From Bilabrum cf. latius (taxonomy: Eukaryota): a stretch of DNA of 64,000 nucleotides. This document shows positions 54,152 through 64,000 of this stretch, in pieces (the first letter of the stretch is position 1; each line of letters opens with the position of its first letter). The DNA lies in NCBI GenBank assembly GCA_965178125.1, contig CBCXTV010000001.1, forward strand, positions 62,001 to 126,000, read 5' to 3'. Position numbers and translations under genes: made by a program. The notes beneath the pieces were generated by a model. The model was not told the DNA's origin. It saw nothing but the letters and a program-made list of their open reading frames with translations, and did no database searches.

Positions 54152-56662
54152 ATGACATGTCTGCTGATCTGCAGGGAAGAGTCCCGCTTCGAGGAGTGGC
54201 GACAAAAAAAAGGGGCGCGAGAACTCCACGAGCACATGGGAGCGGTCCTTCGGCTCCCCAATCCAGTGTTTCCGCAGACCGACAGGGACCCAGATGGACG
54301 CGACATCGTCAAAGACCAGGCCCTCTTGGATATCTTCTCCGGCAAGATAACGGACTGGAGCAAATACAATCCGGCCACTGTTGGGGCGATCCAATCCCAT
54401 CGAAACGCATGGCTGTGGGCTGAGAACCACACGCCGACGGAATGGCTCATGGTTGTCGAAGATGATATCGAACCTCGCGAAGCATGCGTGGATCGGCTAC
54501 TCGTAGTTCTTCACGCCATCGCGAAAAACCCCAAGGTGACGCAGATGGCCATGTTAGCGGGGTCAGAAGCACCGAAAATGGTCACCCTCCAGCGCGAAAA
54601 CTCCACCTCCATCCACAATTGCGAGCGCCTCTTGGACGTGCGGACCTATCCGGCGCACTGGGTAGACAACACATTTGTGGTCCCCTACCACGTCGGCATG
54701 GGCCTAAAGTGGTATCTCATCAGCCCGGAGGGGAGGAAGGCGCTCCTGAAGATGCGGATCCCGAACCGAAGCTTCGAACGCTGCGTCTGGCGCCGCCTCT
54801 TCGACACGTTCCAAGGGCCGGTATGGAAGTGGGGAGATTGCCTCCGCATGACATCTGTGCTGGCAGCCAGCCCGGTCCTCGCATCGACTCCCGAGAGCAT
54901 GGACACGGAGTGGGGGGGCTCGGGACGACGAAGTGCGGATGCAGGGCACAGTATGAAACCGTACATAATGGTCGACCCGAGTGACGACTGGACTCTTGGC
55001 GAGCGATTAAACACATTGTCCGTCGTGATGTCCGTGTGCGCGGCCCTGAGTTGGGGGGTTGTCCTCGTCTGGGAAAAAACAGAGCGCGTGCCCATCTCCT
55101 ACGAAGACTTGTGCGGTGTTCACGAGCACGCCGGCGAAACCAACACGTTCGTCCACCTCCTCCAGGACAAACGCGGCGGGTCGTATTCGTACTTCCTGAG
55201 GTACGGAGACATCCGCATCCACGTGGTGCAGCCGATGATGTGCATCCCCACCCTCGACAGAATGCTCGACATGGTAGCCCTGAAGAGGCCCAAGATGAAC
55301 ACCCTGCCTCCCTTGAAATGGCAGACCGCTCGATGGATCCAAGTCAAGCAGAAGTGGATCGATAAACTCCACACGGAGATGCCGGGGGCCGAGCTGCCCT
55401 CATGGCTGGAGTGGCCACCCTCAACCCACGCGCTTGTCCTCTGCGACGACAGGGACTTGGCGGCGCACTGCCTCGAGGGGAGATGCCAAAAGGAGCAGCA
55501 GGAGTGGATGAACGACGGGAAGGACAACAGCATCCAGCACTACATCCTTGAGGCAAAGCAAGCGCTGCAGAACGAGTTGGAAGACATCCTAAAGGGGGAC
55601 AGCAGCTCACGCCTCGTCGTGATCCGCATGACAACCAAACTGCTGGGACAGGTCTGGGTGGACATGATGAAGCACCTCACGAAGCAGTTCGGGAAGCGCA
55701 TCATAACGCCAACGTTCCTCCTCCCGAAAATGATCCCCAAAAGGAGGCACGACGAAAAGAACCCGAGTGATGATTGGATTACTTGGGGAGCATCCTTGGC
55801 GAAAACCGTGGGCCTCCTCACGCTCATACCTCCGATGCAAGTGCACTATCCCATCATGAGCTGGACCGTGGCCTGGAACCACTTCATGTTTAAGGGCAGG
55901 ACTGCCACGGACACCGTGATCCCAGACGTCATCCGAACTCTGTACGCTCCGCACAAGAGCAACAGGAAGCAGCTCCTCAAGAACGGCCCGCTGTGCCAGA
56001 CGAGGCGCGCCGTGCTGGACTCGCCCGCACTGCGGGACATTGCGAACAACTACTCAAGGGCCAAGGACAAGACCTATAACCTCTTGAGTTATTCCAAATG
56101 GTTTGCCGAAGAAGCCATGTGGCACATGATCAAGTACGCGGAAAGCACGCAGTGCATCGTCGACCCGTTCGTGAGCCGCCAGTGCCAAAAGGTCTTCGAG
56201 CACATCCCCTCGGACGACATCGGCCATGCGGACGCCCGGCTCCGGTACAACCTTCAGGATGCCGACGACCGAGGTTACCGCTTCAACGCGGGGCATCTCT
56301 ACACCGCGGTGCAGGGCATCAAAACGGTGAACATCGCATACAACAAGTGGCTCACCGAGCAGGCACAGAGTCATTCCGAATGGAGCTGGGGCAAAACGTT
56401 CATCAAGCTTGTGATCAACCAGTGGCGGCAGCAGCAGGGCAGTGAGCCGTATGACGTGGACGAGGAGGAGTACGTGAGCCTTCCGCGGACCTTCCACGGG
56501 AATTCGTTGAAGCTCGCGAGGAGCGTAAGCCTCCAGGACACGAGATCCTGCTCCAGATCGTCCTCATCCTATTCCAGGTCGCCCTCCACCAACAGGACTG
56601 AGGCACAGCCTTCGAAGAGAGCGCGCCTGACCCCGGCACCCGGCGTAAAGCACGAGCCCTGA
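54152..56662 (+). CDS. Glycosyltransferase (GT25-like), copy 3
   Basis: Near-identical to 26966..29476. Confidence 0.8.
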   Translation: MTCLLICREESRFEEWRQKKGARELHEHMGAVLRLPNPVFPQTDRDPDGRDIVKDQALLDIFSGKITDWSKYNPATVGAIQSHRNAWLWAENHTPTEWLMVVEDDIEPREACVDRLLVVLHAIAKNPKVTQMAMLAGSEAPKMVTLQRENSTSIHNCERLLDVRTYPAHWVDNTFVVPYHVGMGLKWYLISPEGRKALLKMRIPNRSFERCVWRRLFDTFQGPVWKWGDCLRMTSVLAASPVLASTPESMDTEWGGSGRRSADAGHSMKPYIMVDPSDDWTLGERLNTLSVVMSVCAALSWGVVLVWEKTERVPISYEDLCGVHEHAGETNTFVHLLQDKRGGSYSYFLRYGDIRIHVVQPMMCIPTLDRMLDMVALKRPKMNTLPPLKWQTARWIQVKQKWIDKLHTEMPGAELPSWLEWPPSTHALVLCDDRDLAAHCLEGRCQKEQQEWMNDGKDNSIQHYILEAKQALQNELEDILKGDSSSRLVVIRMTTKLLGQVWVDMMKHLTKQFGKRIITPTFLLPKMIPKRRHDEKNPSDDWITWGASLAKTVGLLTLIPPMQVHYPIMSWTVAWNHFMFKGRTATDTVIPDVIRTLYAPHKSNRKQLLKNGPLCQTRRAVLDSPALRDIANNYSRAKDKTYNLLSYSKWFAEEAMWHMIKYAESTQCIVDPFVSRQCQKVFEHIPSDDIGHADARLRYNLQDADDRGYRFNAGHLYTAVQGIKTVNIAYNKWLTEQAQSHSEWSWGKTFIKLVINQWRQQQGSEPYDVDEEEYVSLPRTFHGNSLKLARSVSLQDTRSCSRSSSSYSRSPSTNRTEAQPSKRARLTPAPGVKHEP

Positions 56663-57536
56663 CGACGAAATGCCGCAGAACAGCGCGTTGCGGGGAGACA
56701 AAGCTCCGCGGGCAACAGCAGAAGGCCGCCGAGCGCCGGAGTTGGAGGGTCACATAGTTCCATCGGTCCCATTCTCTCCGGAAGTCGCATAGCACGTAGA
56801 GATCCGCATGCTCTCGGTGCATGAACGCTGGCAGCACGCAGTGCCAAAGTCGCAAAGCGCTTCAGAGTCACAAGTCCAGAAGTTCTTCTGCCAATGTGTG
56901 TCCTCTTCCCGCTCATGTGTGCATCCTCGGAGGAAGTCTGGAGATGACAGGACCCAGCACGCACCACATCAGAAGTCCTTTTTTAAAGCGGCATCGTCAG
57001 ACAAAAATCTGGAACGCCCTTCCGCAAAAAAGAGTGCTGCCCACAGAAAAAAGGGAAACACCTGAGGCCCCAGAAGCCAAAGGGAGGACCGCGAAGGACG
57101 CAGTTTCGAGGTCACACTTTCCGGGACCAGTTTTGAGCCCAAAAAGGGGTACACAAGAGGAAAACACGATGCGGGAGGCTTGAAATTGTCACCGAAAACG
57201 GGCCCAAAATTGGGACCCCTTTTTCGCAAATTTCGCAGCATCCAGACGACCCAGAAAGGCTTTCCCAGGCGCCGCCTCGAAGCTCACCTTCTCGCATGCA
57301 ACCATGACGCAGCCCCACCTCCTCATGCAGACGCGTCTGAGAGACCCCGCAGTGGAACTTCTCCCATTCTGCGCAGGAAGCACTTCAGTCTACAAGGACC
57401 CGCGCACTTCTTACCGCACCACCTCCATGTGAAAGCACTTCTCGCGGAGTTTTTTTCGGGCCCAGGAATACAGCAACTGCCAGAAGCTTCGCACAGAAAA
57501 GCAGCCCACTCAGGAAGCAAACTCACTGCACACCCC

Positions 57537-58007
57537 ATGGCGAGCGACGCAGAACCGGAGGACGCAATGCGGCTCGACTCCCCTAGAGATGCGGATGCAG
57601 CGGCGCCACCCGAAGCGACGGAGGCAGGATCACAGAAACCAGATCATGCGCAGCAGTTCTTCGAGGAGCCCTACCCGAAAGACGGACACATGGAAGCGCT
57701 AGAGAAGACCGCCAAGACGGACGAACCTGGCGACACACCCTTGTTCGTCGACAAGTGGACGGCAGCGATCACACGCCTTACCGAGGAGCGCAAGGCTCTC
57801 AAGCTCGAGCAGCGGGCTAAAACGAAGGCCATCCGCAAAACCATCCGGCAGAAAAGGCGCACCATGAAGAACGCCAAAAAACTCACAGACGACGAGCTCG
57901 CCCAAATCGTGCTAGACAGGAAGATCTTGCAGTTGGTGCAAAAAGAAGAGATCGCAGCACGCAGCTCCGCCAACTCCTCAACGAGCCAGGCGAAGTCGAC
58001 CTTGTGA
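57537..58007 (+). CDS. Basic coiled-coil hypothetical protein, copy 3 (three amino-acid substitutions vs copy 1)
   Basis: Repeat of 3152..3622 with C>Y, P>L and M>L changes. Confidence 0.7.
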   Translation: MASDAEPEDAMRLDSPRDADAAAPPEATEAGSQKPDHAQQFFEEPYPKDGHMEALEKTAKTDEPGDTPLFVDKWTAAITRLTEERKALKLEQRAKTKAIRKTIRQKRRTMKNAKKLTDDELAQIVLDRKILQLVQKEEIAARSSANSSTSQAKSTL

Positions 58008-58425
58008 GAAGCGCTTCCCGTGTTCAGAGAACCGAGGATTACAGATAGACCCCGCGTCACAGAAGCCATCGCAAGAGGGCAGAGCGTCAAGTACAGCGCA
58101 GTCTTGACGGACACAGATAGCCCGAGCAGCACAAAGCAGCGGATGCGGCTGCCCAGCGGAGTCGCGCACTCGGACAGCATACACGGGACGTGCTGGCAGA
58201 AATCACTCAGTCCGCGAGCACCGTCGTCAAGAGCACGGGAGGGGCAGACTCGACATGCACAACTTTGAAAAACGGGAGGGCACGAAAGGAAGACAAATTT
58301 GGCATTAATCCTTGATTACCCCCGCCCCCCCGTAGAATCAGAGCGAGGAGATATGCTCGGAAGGTCCGGGGGGCAGTCGCAGAAAAGTGCACGCGAAAAT
58401 AAGAGGAAAGGAGACCCCCCAAACC

Positions 58426-58673
58426 CACGTAGTGCGATCCTGGGTGGTACCCTCTAAGGTACTAAGAATCCTTCCCCCGAAAATCGCACTACATCGGTCC
58501 CTGGCGTCGGGGAAAGCGGAAAAAAGGGGAGCACTACCGTGAAAAAATCCTGCATTTTACAGGAAAATCGGAGCACTACGTGTCAAAAACTGGGGGTTTT
58601 TGAGGTTTTTTTTCCAGAAAAACGGCATTTTTTTATGTAAAAACCGCGCGAAACGAGCACTACCGAGCACTAC
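58426..58673. promoter_or_regulatory. Putative origin, copy 3 (variant stem)
   Basis: Repeat of 4041..4288 with substitutions at 58438, 58442 and 58445. Confidence 0.55.
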
Positions 58674-59181
58674 ATCGCCTCCTCCAGTCGTGTTTCGCAT
58701 TTTTTTCGCTGGCCGAAAATGTCTCCGAAGGCGCTGCCTCGAGGGGGGGTTCCGATGGCTGATTTTGGGCGTTCTGTTGTCGATTTCGCGTGCATTTCAG
58801 GTTGTCGGCGAGGCCTTTTTGGCGTATGTCGCAGTTCGGATGCCCTCGAACGTCGTGTCTCATGTGGTATTCGCCGGTTTCTATGTTGGAGAAGGCGGTC
58901 GGTCGATCATCCTCTCTGGCAGGCTCCGAAGTGCGTTTGTGATCGTGCTAATTGCAACGCCATGCTTTCCTTCGTTGGCTTCGAGAATCCTTCCCTCGGA
59001 AGCGGTAGTACCTCGCCCAGGGCGGCACGAGCTGCAGACTCAGCTGCCTCGGTGCTCATGTGTGTCCCGTGTCAGCAGTTTCGGTGTTACGAACAGCAAG
59101 GATTCTGGGCATTGCGTGTCGGAGGCAAGTGTTCTATCTTGAGGCATTCCGCGATTCGTCGAAGGATTATTTGCGCAAATA

Positions 59182-61467
59182 ATGTCGGCTCCGTTCAAGG
59201 GCGAAACGATGAGTTTGTCTGTTGCCGAGTCGCTGAAGTCCCGAGTCGCATCCTGCTCCTGGGATCCCGCGTGGGTTTCCGCGAGCTGCGTGCCGTGCGA
59301 TGGCCTCCCCACAAGCCAGGAGTCAGAAGCGTCCACGACGGCGACCTCTGCTTTGTTAGGGGTGTCCGAGGCGTCCCCAACGTGCTCGTGTGGCCTCGGT
59401 GTCTCCAATTCGGTGGCTGCAGCGCGCGCGGCCGCTGTCCCGAGTTTTGGCTTTGACGATGCGGAGAACGACTTCGACGCCAGTCTCGACATGATTGAGG
59501 CCTCATGCGAGGTCGCATGCGAGGCAGAATGCGAGGGCGATCCGGGAGCCTGCTTGTTGTCCCACGGCAAGTCGAGCGGTCAGTGGCAGATCGGCGTAGT
59601 GGGTGAACGAGTCCTTTATGAGGGCCTCAGCGTTGAGGGCGACATTCCTGGCCGCGTTGCTGCCTCCGAAGCGCTCGCCGCGGGTGTCATCAATTTGGAA
59701 CCCCCGTCAGAGGAAGTACTTTTGCCGGTGCAGCTTCTGCGGAGTAGTCAAGGTTACCGTGGGGTTCTGCCCATCGAGGATTCTGCGCCCGATGCGAGGG
59801 GGCGACCGCAGATGCTCATGCTCCCCGATTTCGTGCCCCGCGTGAAGAGGCGGCGTCTTCGGCAGAAGTGCGACCCTGCTGAGGGCGATGCAGCACCGAG
59901 TCTTGCGGCTCATCTCGGACCTCCGCCCGCGGCTCGTGCCGCGGCCGGAGCGTCTGGGCCGCAGCGCTCGACTGGAAGGCCTTCGACTCGTCCTATTGAT
60001 AGTGTCATCTATCGTCTCCTGCGGGTTTTCCCTGACGATTTCAAGTTGGCGTTTCCGGCGTCGGTGTCACACCAGCGGAAGCGGTGCCTCATCAGGGAGG
60101 CGCTTCGCAATGTACCCGGTGACCGCATGTGCATCTTGAAAGACTGGGCTGCGGGGGCGGAGGACACTCCTTGCCAGCTTCGTTTCGAGGAGCTCTTCCC
60201 GGAGCTTGCGCGGCAGCGGGACGAAGTTGTGAGGAATCCGGGATCGCACTCAGTGCCCGTGGGCGAGATTGTGCCTGCGTCCGACAAGAACACGAGGCGG
60301 GGAAGGGCCGTGATGCTTACCTTTCACGGTCGCTGGGGTGTCGAAAAGGAGCCTGTGCGCGACATCATGTCGGCATCCGTGGCAAGGGGCGTCCTGAGGC
60401 GATTGGTTCTCGCGTCTCCGTTCTATGTGGAGCTTTGGGCCACCTTCAAGGCATGGGCGCAGGACATCGCGCGGCGGATGATGTGGCCTCAGCTGTCCAT
60501 GAAAATGGAGCTCTCCCTGCACCGCAAGCACGCCGCAAACTTGGTGCACTTCCACGTATGCATGACGGATTCCGAGAAGTCGCATCGTTGTCGCGTGGCG
60601 GAGGATTTCATGTGGGCCGGCAGCAGGCCGAATGTCGTCTACGGCTCCGGGCGGTCAGCGAAGGCGCAGGAACGTGGCGCGTCGGAGTTACACTATTATT
60701 GTCAAGCTCCCAAAGTCGGTGCGCTGCTTTGCGCCACGAACTACCGAGCCGGACGCGATTTCGTCGTCAATGGTAAGTTCGTGCACGCGTTGTTCGCACG
60801 CTTCAAAATGGATCCGGACGTCGCGAGAAGGGAACTCGTGGCGTATCGGTGTCGGGACGCCGAGAACTTAGTGCGCGCCATCGACTTCCACATACAGAAT
60901 ACCGCGGAGAGGAGAGAGGTGTGCGCGCAGGCCGCGGTGCACGTAGTGACGAAGCTCCGCCCCTTTAAGGTGGTGCCCGAAGTCGAGAAGTGGCGCGAGA
61001 GCTATCGTCAGGAGTGGTTCGCGCACATGCGCTTCAAGTTCCTTGTCTTGGTGGGGGACTCCCGGTTCGGGAAGACAGTGTACGCGCGGAATCTCTTCGG
61101 GAGCGAAAGGACTCTTGTTGTGAACTGTCAGGGCAGTGTGGAACCTCCGCTCCGTGGCTTCGATCGAAGTCGGCATGTGGCCATTGTGTTCGACGAGGCA
61201 AATGCCCTGTGGGTCGTCAACAACAAACAGGTCTTTCAGGCTGGCCTTGACCCCTCCCTGCTCGGCCAGAGCAAGACGAACAGCCTCGCATACTCTGTGT
61301 GGCTCCACGGTATCGCCCTGATCATCTGCACGAATTCGTGGGGCTCTGACGTGACGGAGTCGGCGGACCGCGATTGGCTTGACAACAACTGCACGAAAGT
61401 GGAGGTGAAAGATCGGCTCTACTTCGACGAGGACTTGTTGTCTCTCACGGATGTGCAGAAGAGCTGA
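59182..61467 (+). CDS. rep: HUH-SF3 Rep, copy 3
   Basis: Same motifs. Confidence 0.93.
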   Translation: MSAPFKGETMSLSVAESLKSRVASCSWDPAWVSASCVPCDGLPTSQESEASTTATSALLGVSEASPTCSCGLGVSNSVAAARAAAVPSFGFDDAENDFDASLDMIEASCEVACEAECEGDPGACLLSHGKSSGQWQIGVVGERVLYEGLSVEGDIPGRVAASEALAAGVINLEPPSEEVLLPVQLLRSSQGYRGVLPIEDSAPDARGRPQMLMLPDFVPRVKRRRLRQKCDPAEGDAAPSLAAHLGPPPAARAAAGASGPQRSTGRPSTRPIDSVIYRLLRVFPDDFKLAFPASVSHQRKRCLIREALRNVPGDRMCILKDWAAGAEDTPCQLRFEELFPELARQRDEVVRNPGSHSVPVGEIVPASDKNTRRGRAVMLTFHGRWGVEKEPVRDIMSASVARGVLRRLVLASPFYVELWATFKAWAQDIARRMMWPQLSMKMELSLHRKHAANLVHFHVCMTDSEKSHRCRVAEDFMWAGSRPNVVYGSGRSAKAQERGASELHYYCQAPKVGALLCATNYRAGRDFVVNGKFVHALFARFKMDPDVARRELVAYRCRDAENLVRAIDFHIQNTAERREVCAQAAVHVVTKLRPFKVVPEVEKWRESYRQEWFAHMRFKFLVLVGDSRFGKTVYARNLFGSERTLVVNCQGSVEPPLRGFDRSRHVAIVFDEANALWVVNNKQVFQAGLDPSLLGQSKTNSLAYSVWLHGIALIICTNSWGSDVTESADRDWLDNNCTKVEVKDRLYFDEDLLSLTDVQKS

Positions 61468-61871
61468 CGCCGGCCGCTGAGGTTTTCAGTCCGGTTCACA
61501 CGAGCGCCGGAGCCGCAGCGGCAGCCGCTTCGGTGCTCCTGAAGGTCTAATGTCCTCAATGCGTTTCGTGTGCAAAAAGGATGTGGTTTCTACATGGGGG
61601 CATTCCGCAAGTTTCATGTGGTCCGTCGCGTTCGTCCGGGGGAGTGCTTGCCTAGTATTGGGAGCTTGCCTGACACACACACACGTGGCACCCAGCCTGA
61701 TGGGTTGCAAGTGTGTGTGTGTCTCCGCAGTGCCGCGGTTGGGACCCGGCGGGTCGTTTGCTTTTACGTCGCCGCGTCGCGCGCCGACGAGACATTTCTT
61801 GGTCTCAGAAGCCTCTGCTTCCGGTAGGCGCGCCGTGTACACTCGCGGGCCGAAGGTGGGTGCGTTGCTTG

Positions 61872-62564
61872 ATGGCCTACGTCGGTATCGCCGATGCACC
61901 GTATGTGCCCGTGGTTGCCGCGTCGACCTCCGAGCACGCCCCGGAGGGCGAGGTGGAGATGATGCTTGCGCCTCTTGCCGGAGATGTCGGTTTCAAGCGG
62001 CCTCGCGTGTTTCCTCCCGGTTCGCGACTTCTTCCTAAGTCGCCGGCCCATCCGGCGGTGCTCATAACAGCGCTCGGCAGTGAGGCACCCCAGGACACAC
62101 AGTGCGTCGTTTGGTCGGACTCTAAGGCTTTCGACCTCGCGGAGTTTGTATGCTCTTCCTGCGGCTGCAATCGTGTCATGGCGGACCTGAATCATCGTAT
62201 GCGTGATCGTCTCGTACGTCGCGTGCAGCGCACGCTTTATGCCGATGATTCTCCGTGCGGCAGGGGTGCGATTTCGTGTCGTGCTTGTCGCGAGAAGGCG
62301 CGCGACGCGGCGCCGAAGACGTCGATTATGAACGCGGCGAACAAGAAGAAGATCTCGGGAACTCTTCGCATGCAGTTGGATCTCATTGTAGAGACCGGGG
62401 AGCGGAAGGGTCAGCGTTGTACTGCGGAGAAAATTCTGACATTGGGAACGATGAAGCAGCACAGGGTTTTCGAGAGGGACCTTTACGATGAGGCATGGCG
62501 CGGGCTTGTTCGTCTGTCTGGACGCGAGGCTTGGAGCGATGACGACTCGTGGTCTCCGCGTTGA
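61872..62564 (+). CDS. Zinc-finger protein A, copy 3
   Basis: Repeat of 7487..8179. Confidence 0.65.
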   Translation: MAYVGIADAPYVPVVAASTSEHAPEGEVEMMLAPLAGDVGFKRPRVFPPGSRLLPKSPAHPAVLITALGSEAPQDTQCVVWSDSKAFDLAEFVCSSCGCNRVMADLNHRMRDRLVRRVQRTLYADDSPCGRGAISCRACREKARDAAPKTSIMNAANKKKISGTLRMQLDLIVETGERKGQRCTAEKILTLGTMKQHRVFERDLYDEAWRGLVRLSGREAWSDDDSWSPR

Positions 62565-63683
62565 GCTTGCGTGACGGTTTTCCCTCTTAACCTGGCCTCT
62601 TGCGTGGCGCTGCTTCCGCGTGTGGCCTGAGCGTGCGACCTGAGCGTTCGGCCTGCTGTCGCGTGTGACCTGAGCGAACGGGCGCTCGACAGTATCCCGC
62701 GTTTGTTGCTTCTGGGGTTCAAGAAACTTGTACTTTTTGGGCTGTACGGTGGTCAGTGGTGCACGGTTCGTTCGCAGCCTCCGCGTTGTTGGAAAGCTAT
62801 GGTGGAGCATGGTTCTTTTCGCAGCCTCCGCGTTGTGATCAAGCTACGGTGGAGCATGGTTCGTGAGCATGGTTCTTTTCGCAGCCTCCGCGTTGTTGAC
62901 ACGTGAAAGCTACGCGAACGTGACCACACAATAGGCCATACCCCAGGTGAAATCCGGACTCGGACATCCAGACGAAACGGCATCATGCACACTGTTGAAC
63001 ACACAAATGACACTGAGCTCCACCGTAACGTAACTTTCCATCACCACCTGGTTTATTTTCTCCGCGATGGCAGCTTAGCGGTGACGCTGTGTCTTCGGGC
63101 ATGAAGGGGCAAATCTTTGATTTTTTGGGCCCTGTTTCGGTCACCGAAAAGTCGTGTGATTTCTGGCGCGCAGGAGGAGTGACGCAAGGTATTTCTGAAC
63201 CGTTTTCCGGACGCTTTCCGGGCCTCCCATGTGACCGCTTTTTGCGTACCGAAACACGTTCCGCGCGTGAGGAGCAGATGCGGATCTCCGCGGGGTCCTA
63301 GTTGTGTCCTTTTTCGGGGGACGAAATCGGGCGCACTTGTCGTGCCGATTCGTGGTCGTCTCTGAGACCGGCTGCGAGTCGGGAAAGGTGCCCGGGAGAT
63401 GCTCGTGTCCTTGGCTTCGTATTTCTCCGCGTATTCTTCAAACGCGGGCGCACGTCTCCTACCGATTCGTGGTCGGTTTCCGAGGCCGATCGCGAGTCGG
63501 GAAATGCGCCCGCGATGCGCTCTCGATCTCGGAAAGGGCGGGAGTCCGTTCTTGCATTCGGAATGGGCGGGGAGTTGCTTTTCCTGGGAGCATGTGCGAG
63601 ATTCCTTCTCCGCGGGTCCTCTTTCGGCTTCGGCAGTCAGCAGCGCACTCTGCGGGAACGGCATTCTCCGAGTCTCTTTGCCG

Positions 63684-64000
63684 ATGATGTCTGAGGAGAA
63701 ACCCTCCGAGAGCATTGCTGTTTCCTTGGGAGACGGCCGCAATCTTCGTGCGCGTCGAGGCGCCGGTGATATGGGAAACGAGGGCGGCATGTTGGCGCGC
63801 GAGGTCGACGCGCCGGCGGAGCACGCCGGCGCGGCGGCAAGCGTCGATGATTCGCTCGGCCCCCACATCGAGAGCGGCGGCGCGGAGGCGGCGTCCACGG
63901 GGATGCTCGGAGAGGAGAGCGGCAAGGCAGCGCCGAAGGAGGACGCCGAAGACGACGGCGGCAAGAAGACGGAGGAGGAGGATGCTCGCGGCGGTGGACG
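63684..64000 (+). CDS. Zinc-finger protein B, copy 3 (cut by window end)
   Basis: Repeat of the 5' part of 9299..10306. Confidence 0.7.
   Translation, partial: MMSEEKPSESIAVSLGDGRNLRARRGAGDMGNEGGMLAREVDAPAEHAGAAASVDDSLGPHIESGGAEAASTGMLGEESGKAAPKEDAEDDGGKKTEEEDARGGG

Larger units (their letters stand above)
1..64000. repeat. Head-to-tail tandem array of a ~27.2-kb unit (~2.35 copies in window)
   Basis: Every ORF recurs at +27,199 then +27,186 (Rep 4797/31996/59182). Copies differ only by scattered SNPs and small indels. Confidence 0.98.

Noticed and set aside
1-64000. rRNA, tRNA or dinoflagellate spliced-leader sequences
   Set aside because: None recognised by eye, so the host assignment remains an inference.

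Overview
GC-rich, eukaryote-like DNA made entirely of ~2.35 near-identical head-to-tail copies of a ~27.2-kb unit (offsets 27,199 and 27,186 bp). Each unit has an intact, intronless, all-plus-strand gene cluster, in this order: (1) a GT25-type glycosyltransferase with a possible second fucosyltransferase-like domain; (2) a basic coiled-coil protein; (3) an origin-like hairpin with GCACTAC iterons; (4) a geminivirus/genomovirus-type rolling-circle Rep (HUH endonuclease + SF3 helicase); (5) two CxxC zinc-finger proteins and a small hypothetical protein; (6) a pogo/Tc5-like DD35D transposase with no visible TIRs; (7) a third zinc-finger protein. No capsid gene is recognisable. The cluster is followed by a second copy of the origin-like hairpin inside 55-bp direct repeats, a ~5-kb mosaic of short, slightly diverged fragments of the same genes (microhomology joins, often in frame), a 97-bp-arm fold-back and a 54-bp/~400-bp satellite. 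Best reading (inference): a large composite rolling-circle/DDE mobile element, possibly from a dinoflagellate-like host, amplified in tandem with a scrambled archive of a sister element. All family calls rest on motif recognition by eye; no searches were run.
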